A stretch of 64,000 nt of DNA from a virus. Below are positions 50,657-59,220 of this stretch, piece after piece. The position numbers and the translations under genes were made by a program. How positions within the stretch are numbered: the first letter of the stretch is position 1; each line of letters begins with the position of its first letter. The notes beneath the pieces are model-generated. The model was not told the origin of the DNA and searched no databases. It saw nothing but the letters and a program-made list of their open reading frames with translations. Location: positions 24,342 through 88,341 of IMG/VR virus record IMGVR_UViG_3300028030_000007. One strand, given 5' to 3'.

Positions 50657-51427
50657 ATGTCTAATCTTTTATCTAACAGAACAATAAATGACTCTCTGAA
50701 AAAATTCGATCCGCAACTCGTGAAGTATGTTAGATCTCAATTTGAGATGCATCCACTTGTTGCGTCACTCCTTCGTGATTACACGGATAACGTGAGTGAA
50801 ATCAGTGAACACATCAAGAACATAATATCGAGAACATCACATATAAATGTTAAATATGAGATAAATAATATCGTTGACTTGTTATTACAAGAGTATGCAG
50901 TTCTAAAAAAGGATCCAGGAGTATACTTAGTAAATGATAGCGGTCTGATAGAGACTAAGATTAATGAGTCAAAAGATTTGATTCATACCGGTGATGGTGA
51001 GGTAAAGCTGTCGCCTAAGTTCATGGTCAAATTCATGGTCGATAGGCAACAAGCAACGAGAATGCTTAGCTTATACGAAAAATATAAAAGAGGTGGACAA
51101 GACAAGTTTGCGTTTTCTCATCTTTTTGATATAGATAAGCTTACGTTTAACATACACAGTAAGCTCAAGGAATCCGGAGTTGAGGTTGATTGTAGCGTTG
51201 AATATTCAATGACATCTTCTATCGTATTCGGTGAAGAGTCATATGAGGGTATTTTTCAATCAAATAACTACATGTTTCATAGAATAGAGCTTCTTCCACA
51301 AATAGTAGCGAAAAAAGTTGAAGTTTCTGGGATTGAAAAATGTTGTATCGAAAACGTTCGGTATGAAAAAACCGGTGATATAATGAAGTATGTAGCAGAT
51401 ATTAAGTTTATAGAGAAATTGAAGTGA
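50657..51427 (+). CDS. Hypothetical protein
   Basis: 256-aa ORF within the operon. Confidence 0.65.
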   Translation: MSNLLSNRTINDSLKKFDPQLVKYVRSQFEMHPLVASLLRDYTDNVSEISEHIKNIISRTSHINVKYEINNIVDLLLQEYAVLKKDPGVYLVNDSGLIETKINESKDLIHTGDGEVKLSPKFMVKFMVDRQQATRMLSLYEKYKRGGQDKFAFSHLFDIDKLTFNIHSKLKESGVEVDCSVEYSMTSSIVFGEESYEGIFQSNNYMFHRIELLPQIVAKKVEVSGIEKCCIENVRYEKTGDIMKYVADIKFIEKLK

Positions 51428-51660
51428 ACATCTGTGAATTTTGTGGGAAACCGACTGAGAACGTTGTATTTGAAGACGATAGATACGGAAAATCGTACAT
51501 ATGTGAGTCGTGTTTTAGTCTACTTAAAGACCCGGAAATGGGAGGAAATCTTATAAAGAACGCTCTTTATAACTCACTCCCTGATGACATGAACCCGCTC
51601 ATTAAAGATTTGATAGCCGATAATATGATTGAACTGATAACAGGAAAGTCAGACAAGTAG
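51424..51660 (+). CDS. Small zinc-finger protein
   Basis: CEFCG...ICESCF; GTGA overlap with the upstream gene. Confidence 0.6.
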   Translation: MNICEFCGKPTENVVFEDDRYGKSYICESCFSLLKDPEMGGNLIKNALYNSLPDDMNPLIKDLIADNMIELITGKSDK

Positions 51661-52146
51661 GGAAACCGACTCAGCCAAAGCAAAGTTAAGTTCACCGATA
51701 CCAATTTCATTTATCTTTTTCAATCCCATCATTACGTATTTCATATCATCGAGCCCAACTTTATAATTGAACTCGATGAACACACCTATCGGTATCATAA
51801 ACGACACCGATTTAGGATCATTTATAACCTTTAATATATCATTAATACTATTTACATAACTATTCATGTTTACATCAATTATCTCATTGAGTTTTATATG
51901 AAAATCAGGTTGTTTTTCAATGAACTCGTTTTTGATGTCGTCTTTTTCAAATTGTGGTTTTATCGCATGAAGCGGGTAAATAACATTCAAATCATTTATT
52001 AACCCATACGCTAGAATTATAGGTAGAATTGCTTGAAATGATATGTTAGGTATTGATATATGATATGAAATATGTCTTAATTGTTCATCGAATACATCCA
52101 CACGAACTGTGCCATAACTAAGAACTTTCTTTTCGAACAGACTCAT
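51649..52146 (-). CDS. Hypothetical protein downstream of the polymerase
   Basis: 165-aa ORF whose start overlaps the polymerase stop. Confidence 0.6.
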   Translation of the reverse strand: MSLFEKKVLSYGTVRVDVFDEQLRHISYHISIPNISFQAILPIILAYGLINDLNVIYPLHAIKPQFEKDDIKNEFIEKQPDFHIKLNEIIDVNMNSYVNSINDILKVINDPKSVSFMIPIGVFIEFNYKVGLDDMKYVMMGLKKINEIGIGELNFALAESVSLLV

Positions 52147-54851
52147 AACCCAAACATTCTAGAGAGAACTTTAAACGTTGGGACGTCAACCTTATATTTG
52201 CTACCGTTGACTAAAACCTGTCCATCGATCATAATCTTTATCGGTGTATCTCCCTCAGACAGTATTAGTACCGCATTAATCTTTTTGATGAGATATCTGT
52301 TAGGAGTGGATGTCAAATTATAGACGAATATACTATTAGGTTTATCGGTTTTTAACTCAATCTCTTTTTGAACCGGTTGCTCAATTTTTTCTGGGATTGA
52401 TTGTTTAGTTTCTTCCTGAACCGGTTGTTTGGTCTCTTCCGGTATATCGCTTTTGACGTTTTCACCGAAGCTATCGACATCTACGGATTCCGGTATGTTC
52501 TTCTGGGCTTCCTTGGCCTCTTCCTTGGCCTTTACTGCCTCATCTGCTACGCTTACATTTTCTTCTGTCTCAGGCTCTTCCTTGGCCTCTCCTGTGTCAG
52601 GAATGATGTAACCCTCTAGAAAATCTGGGACTTTTTGATAAAGACGACCGTTCTTTATGTACTGATCGGACTTTAACTTCTTCTTTAACGTCCCGTCTTT
52701 GTTAAAATCGGTTTCGTGAAGCGGAACGCCGTGAACCATCATCGGAAAATCATAACGAGCCTTCCAGTTTTGATCGATGCCCGGCTCTGTCTCTAGGGGA
52801 ACGTCCCACTGTCTCCCATACGCTTTTTGAATTTTCCACGGACTACACATCCACTCATCGATTTTGGGAACCGCTTCCATGAGAAGATGCGGGCGAATCT
52901 CAAACACGATTTCATCATGAACCGTCATCACGTACCTGACGTCATCTTCCCACCCGTTATCACGAATTCCCTTATCGATTAGAACGAGAGCGATCTTCAA
53001 AACGTCAGCACTAGTGGCCTGAATAGTGAAGTTCGGTGCTTGTCTTTCCGCTTTTTTCCTTAATCCACGGATTTCAGAGTCTGTATTACTAATCGGGATT
53101 CGTCTACCGAAGGCCGTGTAAATACACTTATGTTTCATCGCGTATGATTTGCGACCATCAATGTACTTCATCAAAACGGGGACGGATTTCTTTAGTTGAT
53201 CCATCTTTCGTTGTCCCTCTTCAATGGAACAACCGATATTTCTTGCGATAGACCCTGCCCCACCCCCGTAAATGAACGCGAAGTTACAAGCTTTCCCCTT
53301 ACCGCGTTCTTGTTTGGTGATGTTATACTTCCCAAAGAGCGCTCTGGCCGTGATTGAGTGAACGTCACCGTCTTTATTCAAGAATGAGTCTGACCAAACA
53401 GGATCTCCTGACATGTTTGTAGCTACGCGGAGTTCCTCTCCGGCGTAGTCAAGCTTCACCATCACAAACCCTGGACGAGGTATTATGCACTCACGGATTT
53501 GTTTGAATAGTTCTGGCTTATCGGTATCAGAATCTCGTGGAATTCCCTGAAAGTTAATCCCTGAATATCCGTGTTTGATTTGTCCGGCTTTGGACGATAG
53601 ACGTGAAGTGCTGGTTCCGATTTGTTTATAACTCGGTCTAACGTCACCGTTTTTGTCAATTGAAAGCTCAAACTTCCCTGTATATGACCCGATAATCTTT
53701 TCGTAGTGTCTATACTCTGTGATCCACTTGAATATAGACATTTGTTTATCATCAATCGTTATTTCATAATTTTTTCCGTATCGATCATCAAGAAGTTTCA
53801 GCATATCATCGGCAAGACTATACTGAATTACCTTAGTTGACTCAGGATCATATTCATTTCCGTCCAACATCTCTTTTAGTGGACGCATTTTGAATCCGGA
53901 TCTATCGGTGAAGAATAAAGTTGAAAGTTGAGTCGCCGATCCGACATTAAGTGAAGACCAGTCGCCATCGGTTTTTTCATTTGAGAAGTTTACGATAGCC
54001 TCCGTTATCGTACTCATGTGATGCTTTGCTTCTTTATTGATATACCTGACTTTGTCGATGTCAATGTGTACACGATTCCTTTCCATTTTTTGGATCGTAT
54101 ACATGAATGCCTTTTCGAGCTTGTATATTTCTTTATCTGTATCGGACAGTTTTTCTATCAGTTTATGATAAAGTTTATAAGTGAAAATGCCGTCAGATGA
54201 ACCGTAGATCACGCCCTCTTTCGGGTGTAATAAAGAGAAGTTAAGCCCCTCTTTGTACATGTTCATTTCTTTCCTTTTCTCATCTGAGAAAAGTTCATGA
54301 AGCTCAATTTGATCGATGCCAAAGTTAGATTTCGTTAGCTGTTTTAGACCGGCTGAAACTGATAGGTCCGGGTTGATCACCTTGGCGATGATCATTGTAT
54401 CTTCAAACTCTTCCGGTGAAAATCTTCCCTTACCGATCAGAGGGTAGATCATTTCAATATCATATCGAGCGTTGTGAAATATTATTCGTGTATTATCTAC
54501 AACATCTTTGATTATTTCCCATGATTCATCCCATGGAAGATTCCCGCTATCCGGTGGCTTATGACCTAGCGGTATGTAGTATCCGTTTTCACCATCGTAT
54601 GAGATGCAAACACCGACCACCTTATCGACTGTTCGAATTCCGTATTTTGTTTTTACTCCGTCATCGAAGTATTCATCCTTATAAATTCGGCTATCTAGTC
54701 CTGTAGTTTCTGTATCTAGGGCTACAAGACCACTTTTTTTACAGATGTTAGCTAAAACTTTTAGTTTGTCGATAGAGTCTACTAAATGAAACTTGTACTG
54801 GTCATACCAATCTTTCTCGATCTCTATCTTGTCATCCATCGGTTTGAACAT
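52143..54851 (-). CDS. polA: Family A DNA polymerase (3'-5' exonuclease + polymerase, no 5' nuclease) with C-terminal extension
   Basis: ExoI LDTETTGL, ExoII FHNARYD, ExoIII YGSSDG; TSTSRLSS; motif A DYAGEELR; motif B RGKGKACNFAFIYG; motif C VHDE. Confidence 0.95.
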   Translation of the reverse strand: MFKPMDDKIEIEKDWYDQYKFHLVDSIDKLKVLANICKKSGLVALDTETTGLDSRIYKDEYFDDGVKTKYGIRTVDKVVGVCISYDGENGYYIPLGHKPPDSGNLPWDESWEIIKDVVDNTRIIFHNARYDIEMIYPLIGKGRFSPEEFEDTMIIAKVINPDLSVSAGLKQLTKSNFGIDQIELHELFSDEKRKEMNMYKEGLNFSLLHPKEGVIYGSSDGIFTYKLYHKLIEKLSDTDKEIYKLEKAFMYTIQKMERNRVHIDIDKVRYINKEAKHHMSTITEAIVNFSNEKTDGDWSSLNVGSATQLSTLFFTDRSGFKMRPLKEMLDGNEYDPESTKVIQYSLADDMLKLLDDRYGKNYEITIDDKQMSIFKWITEYRHYEKIIGSYTGKFELSIDKNGDVRPSYKQIGTSTSRLSSKAGQIKHGYSGINFQGIPRDSDTDKPELFKQIRECIIPRPGFVMVKLDYAGEELRVATNMSGDPVWSDSFLNKDGDVHSITARALFGKYNITKQERGKGKACNFAFIYGGGAGSIARNIGCSIEEGQRKMDQLKKSVPVLMKYIDGRKSYAMKHKCIYTAFGRRIPISNTDSEIRGLRKKAERQAPNFTIQATSADVLKIALVLIDKGIRDNGWEDDVRYVMTVHDEIVFEIRPHLLMEAVPKIDEWMCSPWKIQKAYGRQWDVPLETEPGIDQNWKARYDFPMMVHGVPLHETDFNKDGTLKKKLKSDQYIKNGRLYQKVPDFLEGYIIPDTGEAKEEPETEENVSVADEAVKAKEEAKEAQKNIPESVDVDSFGENVKSDIPEETKQPVQEETKQSIPEKIEQPVQKEIELKTDKPNSIFVYNLTSTPNRYLIKKINAVLILSEGDTPIKIMIDGQVLVNGSKYKVDVPTFKVLSRMFGL

Positions 54852-54857
54852 AACTTA

Positions 54858-54865
54858 ACATTACA
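54858..54865 (-). promoter_or_regulatory. TGTANNNT motif, 6 nt before the polA ATG
   Basis: TGTAATGT-taagtt-ATG. Confidence 0.6.
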
Positions 54866-54909
54866 GTTGTAGTTTACAAAACGGATAAATTTTTCCCGAG
54901 AAACGTTAT

Positions 54910-55485
54910 ATGATGGAACAAATTCACACATATATAAATAATTTCATCAACTTTTTGACAGTATGGAAGGTACTGATAGTCGCGATACAATCAACAGCTA
55001 TTATATTGATTTATAAGTTTTTTCGATCTTCATATAGATTAACAAAAAGTAGACACATGACGATAGATATCATGGACAGCATTACCGGTAAAGTGACGGT
55101 AATTAACATCGATATCATTTCTGGCAAAATAAGCGAAGAAATGTCTCAAGTTGAGTATGGTATCGGCGGATGGGGATATGAGTTTTACACTAGAAAAATC
55201 GATGGTAAAGTATATAGTAGAGCGATTTTTCCTGAAAAGATATCGATTGAAATCACGTCGAAACTTGAAGCCTTTGAACATTACAGTGTGATACACCTGA
55301 TGTCAACCTGTTGGCTTCCCGTAAACGATAAACTTTCTGATATTATAGGTAAAATCATAAGTAACGATAAATGTGCATATTCATTTGATACAGTGTACGA
55401 TGAAGAAAAGTTTAATGAGATTTCAAAACTTTTACCGGATAACATCAGACAAGATGTGATTGATATGATAAAGAGGATAAAATGA
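54910..55485 (+). CDS. Hypothetical protein with N-terminal hydrophobic segment
   Basis: FLTVWKVLIVAIQSTAIILIY; first gene of the + strand island. Confidence 0.6.
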   Translation: MMEQIHTYINNFINFLTVWKVLIVAIQSTAIILIYKFFRSSYRLTKSRHMTIDIMDSITGKVTVINIDIISGKISEEMSQVEYGIGGWGYEFYTRKIDGKVYSRAIFPEKISIEITSKLEAFEHYSVIHLMSTCWLPVNDKLSDIIGKIISNDKCAYSFDTVYDEEKFNEISKLLPDNIRQDVIDMIKRIK

Positions 55486-55868
55486 TAGCTTTTGTTGATA
55501 ACGTTATAAGCGTTCCCTATATCTACAAGTCTGTTTATATTGAAATCGACGGATCATTTCAAAAACTGTACGATGAGACAGAAGACGGATGTAGTATTGA
55601 CGGTGTGATAAAAGGAACAAAAAACTGTGTTCAGATTGAATGTGAAGAGTATAAAAAAGACCACAAGCTAGTGTTCGACGGTTTTATGAACATATGGGTG
55701 AAAGACACCGTGTCGTGGGGAAGGGAAACGTTCAAAAAATGGGTAGATAGAGCGGAAACCAACGACCCGGTAGAGTCCATAAATCGCGTTGAACAGATAT
55801 TTGAACTTTTACAAACTACTACACCTATTGAAACAGCACTGAAAGTATACTCTGAAGGAAAGAAATGA
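55482..55868 (+). CDS. Hypothetical protein
   Basis: ATGA overlaps on both sides. Confidence 0.65.
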   Translation: MIAFVDNVISVPYIYKSVYIEIDGSFQKLYDETEDGCSIDGVIKGTKNCVQIECEEYKKDHKLVFDGFMNIWVKDTVSWGRETFKKWVDRAETNDPVESINRVEQIFELLQTTTPIETALKVYSEGKK

Positions 55869-56461
55869 TTAAAGAAATTTTACAATGTGACGTGCATCGG
55901 ATCAATTATACTAAAAGGTATCAGACGATCCCCACTATGATACATGAAAACGTTCCAACCCATACGTTTTGGGTTTCATATTACGCTATGTCATTTCAAA
56001 TGCAACATGGATGGTGTCATAGCGTAATGAACAAAATCATGATGTATAGTTTAGTGCACGATATAACTGAATCTGTTACAGGGGACGTGGTAAGGACTTT
56101 CAAACATTCAAACAAAAAACTGAACCGAGTGATCTCAAAAAACGAGTCCAAACACTTCAAGTCTTCAGTGTCTGATTTGTCGAACGCTGTCGTTGAAGAA
56201 GTAATGTCCCGTGTTGATAAATACACAAAGGCTGTAGTAAAACTCGCTGATTTCATGAGTATTTACAAATATTTGTCAACCGAATACGAAATGGGAAATC
56301 GAGTTGTTGTTCCCTTCATTAAAAAGGCTATTGAAGATTTGGATAAGATGTCCAAGGGGGATACCAGCTACATATTTAAATGTGGAGACAAACCGGTTGT
56401 CGTAAATCTAAAGCCAGAATACGAAGAAATGCGCGATATGCTAAAGGAATTGATCCAATGA
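55865..56461 (+). CDS. HD-domain deoxynucleotide hydrolase (YfbR/DatZ-like)
   Basis: KRYQ...ENVPTH...LVHDITESVTGDV..TFK...VKLAD. Confidence 0.85.
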   Translation: MIKEILQCDVHRINYTKRYQTIPTMIHENVPTHTFWVSYYAMSFQMQHGWCHSVMNKIMMYSLVHDITESVTGDVVRTFKHSNKKLNRVISKNESKHFKSSVSDLSNAVVEEVMSRVDKYTKAVVKLADFMSIYKYLSTEYEMGNRVVVPFIKKAIEDLDKMSKGDTSYIFKCGDKPVVVNLKPEYEEMRDMLKELIQ

Positions 56462-56946
56462 TTGACACTAGTAACATAAAGACAAAACAACAAGCCAGTG
56501 CTGTTATTTCTGTGTTAGAACAGCTAAATCGCTCTTACGATGTTGAGAGCGCACTAAGTGATGTAAAGAAAAAGTTCAATGATCTTCCGTCTAGTATTGA
56601 ACAGAGCGTGATTCAGTCTCATATGGCGATCTGTAAAGCTAAAAATATGAAACCAAATGATGCCTATGGATGGGATCCATCAATTTACTACTCATCCGCT
56701 ATCGCCGGTGAAGCGGGAGAAATGGTGAATGGGATCATAAAAGAGATGAGAAAAGAGGGCAGGAACTCACCGACCATCAAGGATCGTCTTATTGACGCCG
56801 TTAAAGACGAACTTCCTGATGTGATTATCTACTCGTATATTCTAGCTTATATTCTAGGGATCGATTTAGAGAGTATCGTACAGGATAAGGTCAAGATCGT
56901 AATAAATAGGGCTGAGGATGGTTATTATGGAGGGAAACTAATTTAG
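56458..56946 (+). CDS. MazG-like NTP pyrophosphohydrolase
   Basis: IAGEAGEMVNGIIK...KDELPDVIIY...LGIDLESIVQDK (ExxE...ExxD). Start set at the ATGA overlap 56458 rather than the track start 56380. Confidence 0.85.
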   Translation: MIDTSNIKTKQQASAVISVLEQLNRSYDVESALSDVKKKFNDLPSSIEQSVIQSHMAICKAKNMKPNDAYGWDPSIYYSSAIAGEAGEMVNGIIKEMRKEGRNSPTIKDRLIDAVKDELPDVIIYSYILAYILGIDLESIVQDKVKIVINRAEDGYYGGKLI

Positions 56947-56949
56947 TTT

Positions 56950-57402
56950 CTACTCTTCCTCTTCCTCGTTTTCTTCTTCCTCGTTAAACTCTTCTTCCGG
57001 CTCCTCTTCCTCTTCCTCTTTGCCTTCTTCCCACCAATCGCACGCGTATTCATCGGCGTTTTCGGGGATTGCGTCTATTCCGTTCCAATCAACGAAATTT
57101 TCGTTCGTACAGATGTCATCGCCATCCTCTTCTTTGTAATATTTACAGTTAACGCATGACATACCGCCTACGGGAACCTTCCTACCGGCTAGATGCTCTT
57201 TGGGGAGGCTAAACTTTTTACCGCCGTAGTTTTCATCGGCCTCTTCTTCGGCCTCTTCATCAGACTCTTCCTCTTCCTCGTCAGATTTGTCCTCTTCCTC
57301 TTTACCCTCTTCCTCAAGGAAATCCTCAAAGTCAAAATCGTCATCATCTGACGCTGACGTTATTATCGAGGCTGCTATTCTTTTTATTTGGTTATTGTTC
57401 AT
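56950..57402 (-). CDS. Hyper-acidic protein with a central four-Cys (HiPIP-like) motif and basic leader
   Basis: MNNNQIKRIAASIITSA, poly-D/E tract, SCVNCKYY...C...CDWW, second poly-E tract. Confidence 0.7.
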   Translation of the reverse strand: MNNNQIKRIAASIITSASDDDDFDFEDFLEEEGKEEEDKSDEEEEESDEEAEEEADENYGGKKFSLPKEHLAGRKVPVGGMSCVNCKYYKEEDGDDICTNENFVDWNGIDAIPENADEYACDWWEEGKEEEEEEPEEEFNEEEENEEEEE

Positions 57403-57889
57403 TGTTTATTACCTGCTTTGTTTTCCTTAGTTTCTTTGTCGTTTTCACTATCTCATGAACGTACGACGAAAGTGGTCCACCTAACGCTAAGATTATTGAC
57501 TGCCAAAATGTCATCCCCAGCCCCATGTTAGAAACAACAAATATCACTATTGATAGAGCCGCGATCGACAAATGAAGGTAAAGTTTCCCCTTTTCACTCT
57601 TGAAAAGGTCTTCCTTCCATTTTTGAGCAAGTGAGATCAAAATCTTAAGTCCAACAGCTATGGAAGCCATCATTCCGATGAATTTTTCATCGGTTTTTTC
57701 GGTTTTTCCCTGAGCTTTATTTAGCTGTGTCCTAAGTTGAGTTACTTGATCGCATAGTTGTTTTGGACCGTTACATGACGTTGACTGAGCCGCCATGGCA
57801 GCTTGATCATAAGACGCATGGGACTCTGTTATATAAAATCCCGCACTAATTGACAAAAGGAAAACAATTATTGTTATGAAATATTTCAT
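57392..57889 (-). CDS. Membrane protein (signal-like N-terminus, coiled coil, 2-3 TM segments), possibly lysis-related
   Basis: MKYFITIIVFLLSISAG; hydrophobic stretches FIGMMASIAVGLKILISL and LSIAALSIVIFVVS; GAGG Shine-Dalgarno. Confidence 0.65.
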   Translation of the reverse strand: MKYFITIIVFLLSISAGFYITESHASYDQAAMAAQSTSCNGPKQLCDQVTQLRTQLNKAQGKTEKTDEKFIGMMASIAVGLKILISLAQKWKEDLFKSEKGKLYLHLSIAALSIVIFVVSNMGLGMTFWQSIILALGGPLSSYVHEIVKTTKKLRKTKQVINNEQ

Positions 57890-57927
57890 TATTGAGTACC
57901 TCTATCATAATTTTTTATAAATAGTAT

Positions 57928-57978
57928 ACACTAAAAAGGCCCTAACCATATTTGAAATGACTAGGGCCTTTTTAGTGT
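57928..57978. terminator. Bidirectional-type intrinsic terminator after the SbcC-half gene
   Basis: ACACTAAAAAGGCCCTA (57928-57944) pairs with TAGGGCCTTTTTAGTGT (57962-57978); T-runs on both strands. Confidence 0.85.
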
Positions 57979-57993
57979 GTTATACACAACGTA

Positions 57994-59220
57994 TTACAAC
58001 GGTCTACCGCACGTTTCGCATACAGGAATAGCGCTTATTTTTTCATCAAGCTGCGAAATGTCGTCATTAAGTTTTATTAACTTGTTTGACTCATCGTATA
58101 TCTCTCCATCAAGTTTCATGAGTTCACTTGATAACTGTTTTATAATTCCCAGATCATTGTTAACTTCGATATTCACATCAACGTCAATAGGGTCTATCTG
58201 TTCAATGAAAGTATCAAGCCGGTCTAGTTGTTCACTGAGTTTTGTGACCTCAACTATCTGATTTACCTCATCTTCGTTCAAATCAGGAATCTTGATGTCA
58301 TTAGACAGCAACGTTGTTAGTGGTAAAACTTGATCTAGTTGTTCACTGAGTTTTGTGACCTCAACTATCTGATTTACCTCATCTTCGTTCAAATCAGGAA
58401 TCTTGATGGCGTCTAAATCAATAGTCTCAAGTAATGAGTCTATCTTTTGGATGTCATCCCTGAAATGAACGGTTTTAATGAATGACTCGTAGATTTTATC
58501 GTCGATTGATGGAACGTCTTTTTCAATCGATATGGCATCTATGATCATGTCAAGTTTTATCAGATTAGATCTATGATCGGAAATTATGTCGAGTTCGTCA
58601 GTATCTCTTTTTGCCGCTTTTTTCTGTTCATTTATTTGTTCGTTGAGCTGTTTTAATTTATCAAAACCATCAAACGCTGAGATCTTACTTTCTAGTTTAT
58701 CGACCTCATCCTTTTCAATAGTCCTTTTCATTGACATGATTTTTATTCTGCCAATTGAAATTCTGATAGCGTTTTGGATCGTATCCAACCTCGTTATATT
58801 TGACATAAACTCAGTCAAATACGATCCATGAGAGTCTAGCAAAAACAGCGGGTTCCACTGAGAAGCATACCACGGATACACCTTCTCATTCATGACTGAC
58901 AAACTTCCAAATCCGATTTCAGAAATCTTGTCTAGCTTTCCTTTTACTTTTTCATACGATTGTCCATCAATCACATAGTCACTTTGTCCGTTGAACTTTT
59001 TAGTCCAAAGAATGTCATGATCGCCCGATATGTGAACTATTACCGGTTTTGACTTATCACGAATCGTAGACTTTACGCTTTCATTTGAAAGAGCCGAAAA
59101 TATGGCTCTCATGATGGCGGTTTTTCCGATGTTAGTTTTCCCTGATACTACCGTAAAACCGTCAATCTCAAAGTCAATTCGATCAATGGATTGGAAATTT
59201 TCTATATGAACTTTCATCAT
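57994..59220 (-). CDS. SbcC/Rad50-like ATPase, N-terminal half only, ending at the zinc hook
   Basis: VHIENFQS, Walker A SGKTNIGKT, Q-loop ASQW, coiled coil, terminal CETCGRPL. No signature motif or Walker B. Confidence 0.8.
   Translation of the reverse strand: MMKVHIENFQSIDRIDFEIDGFTVVSGKTNIGKTAIMRAIFSALSNESVKSTIRDKSKPVIVHISGDHDILWTKKFNGQSDYVIDGQSYEKVKGKLDKISEIGFGSLSVMNEKVYPWYASQWNPLFLLDSHGSYLTEFMSNITRLDTIQNAIRISIGRIKIMSMKRTIEKDEVDKLESKISAFDGFDKLKQLNEQINEQKKAAKRDTDELDIISDHRSNLIKLDMIIDAISIEKDVPSIDDKIYESFIKTVHFRDDIQKIDSLLETIDLDAIKIPDLNEDEVNQIVEVTKLSEQLDQVLPLTTLLSNDIKIPDLNEDEVNQIVEVTKLSEQLDRLDTFIEQIDPIDVDVNIEVNNDLGIIKQLSSELMKLDGEIYDESNKLIKLNDDISQLDEKISAIPVCETCGRPL
58223..58408. repeat. Perfect 75-bp direct repeat with 111-bp period inside the SbcC-half coiled coil
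   Basis: 58223-58297 is identical to 58334-58408; encodes IKIPDLNEDEVNQIVEVTKLSEQLD twice. Confidence 0.95.

Noticed and set aside
55865-56946. Firm call of a 2-aminoadenine (Z) genome
   Set aside because: No purZ in the window and an intact Dam is present; kept only as an open hypothesis.
58223-58408. DGR template/variable repeat pair or attachment sites
   Set aside because: The copies are identical, in frame and 111 bp apart, with no adenine-specific differences and no reverse transcriptase or integrase in the window.
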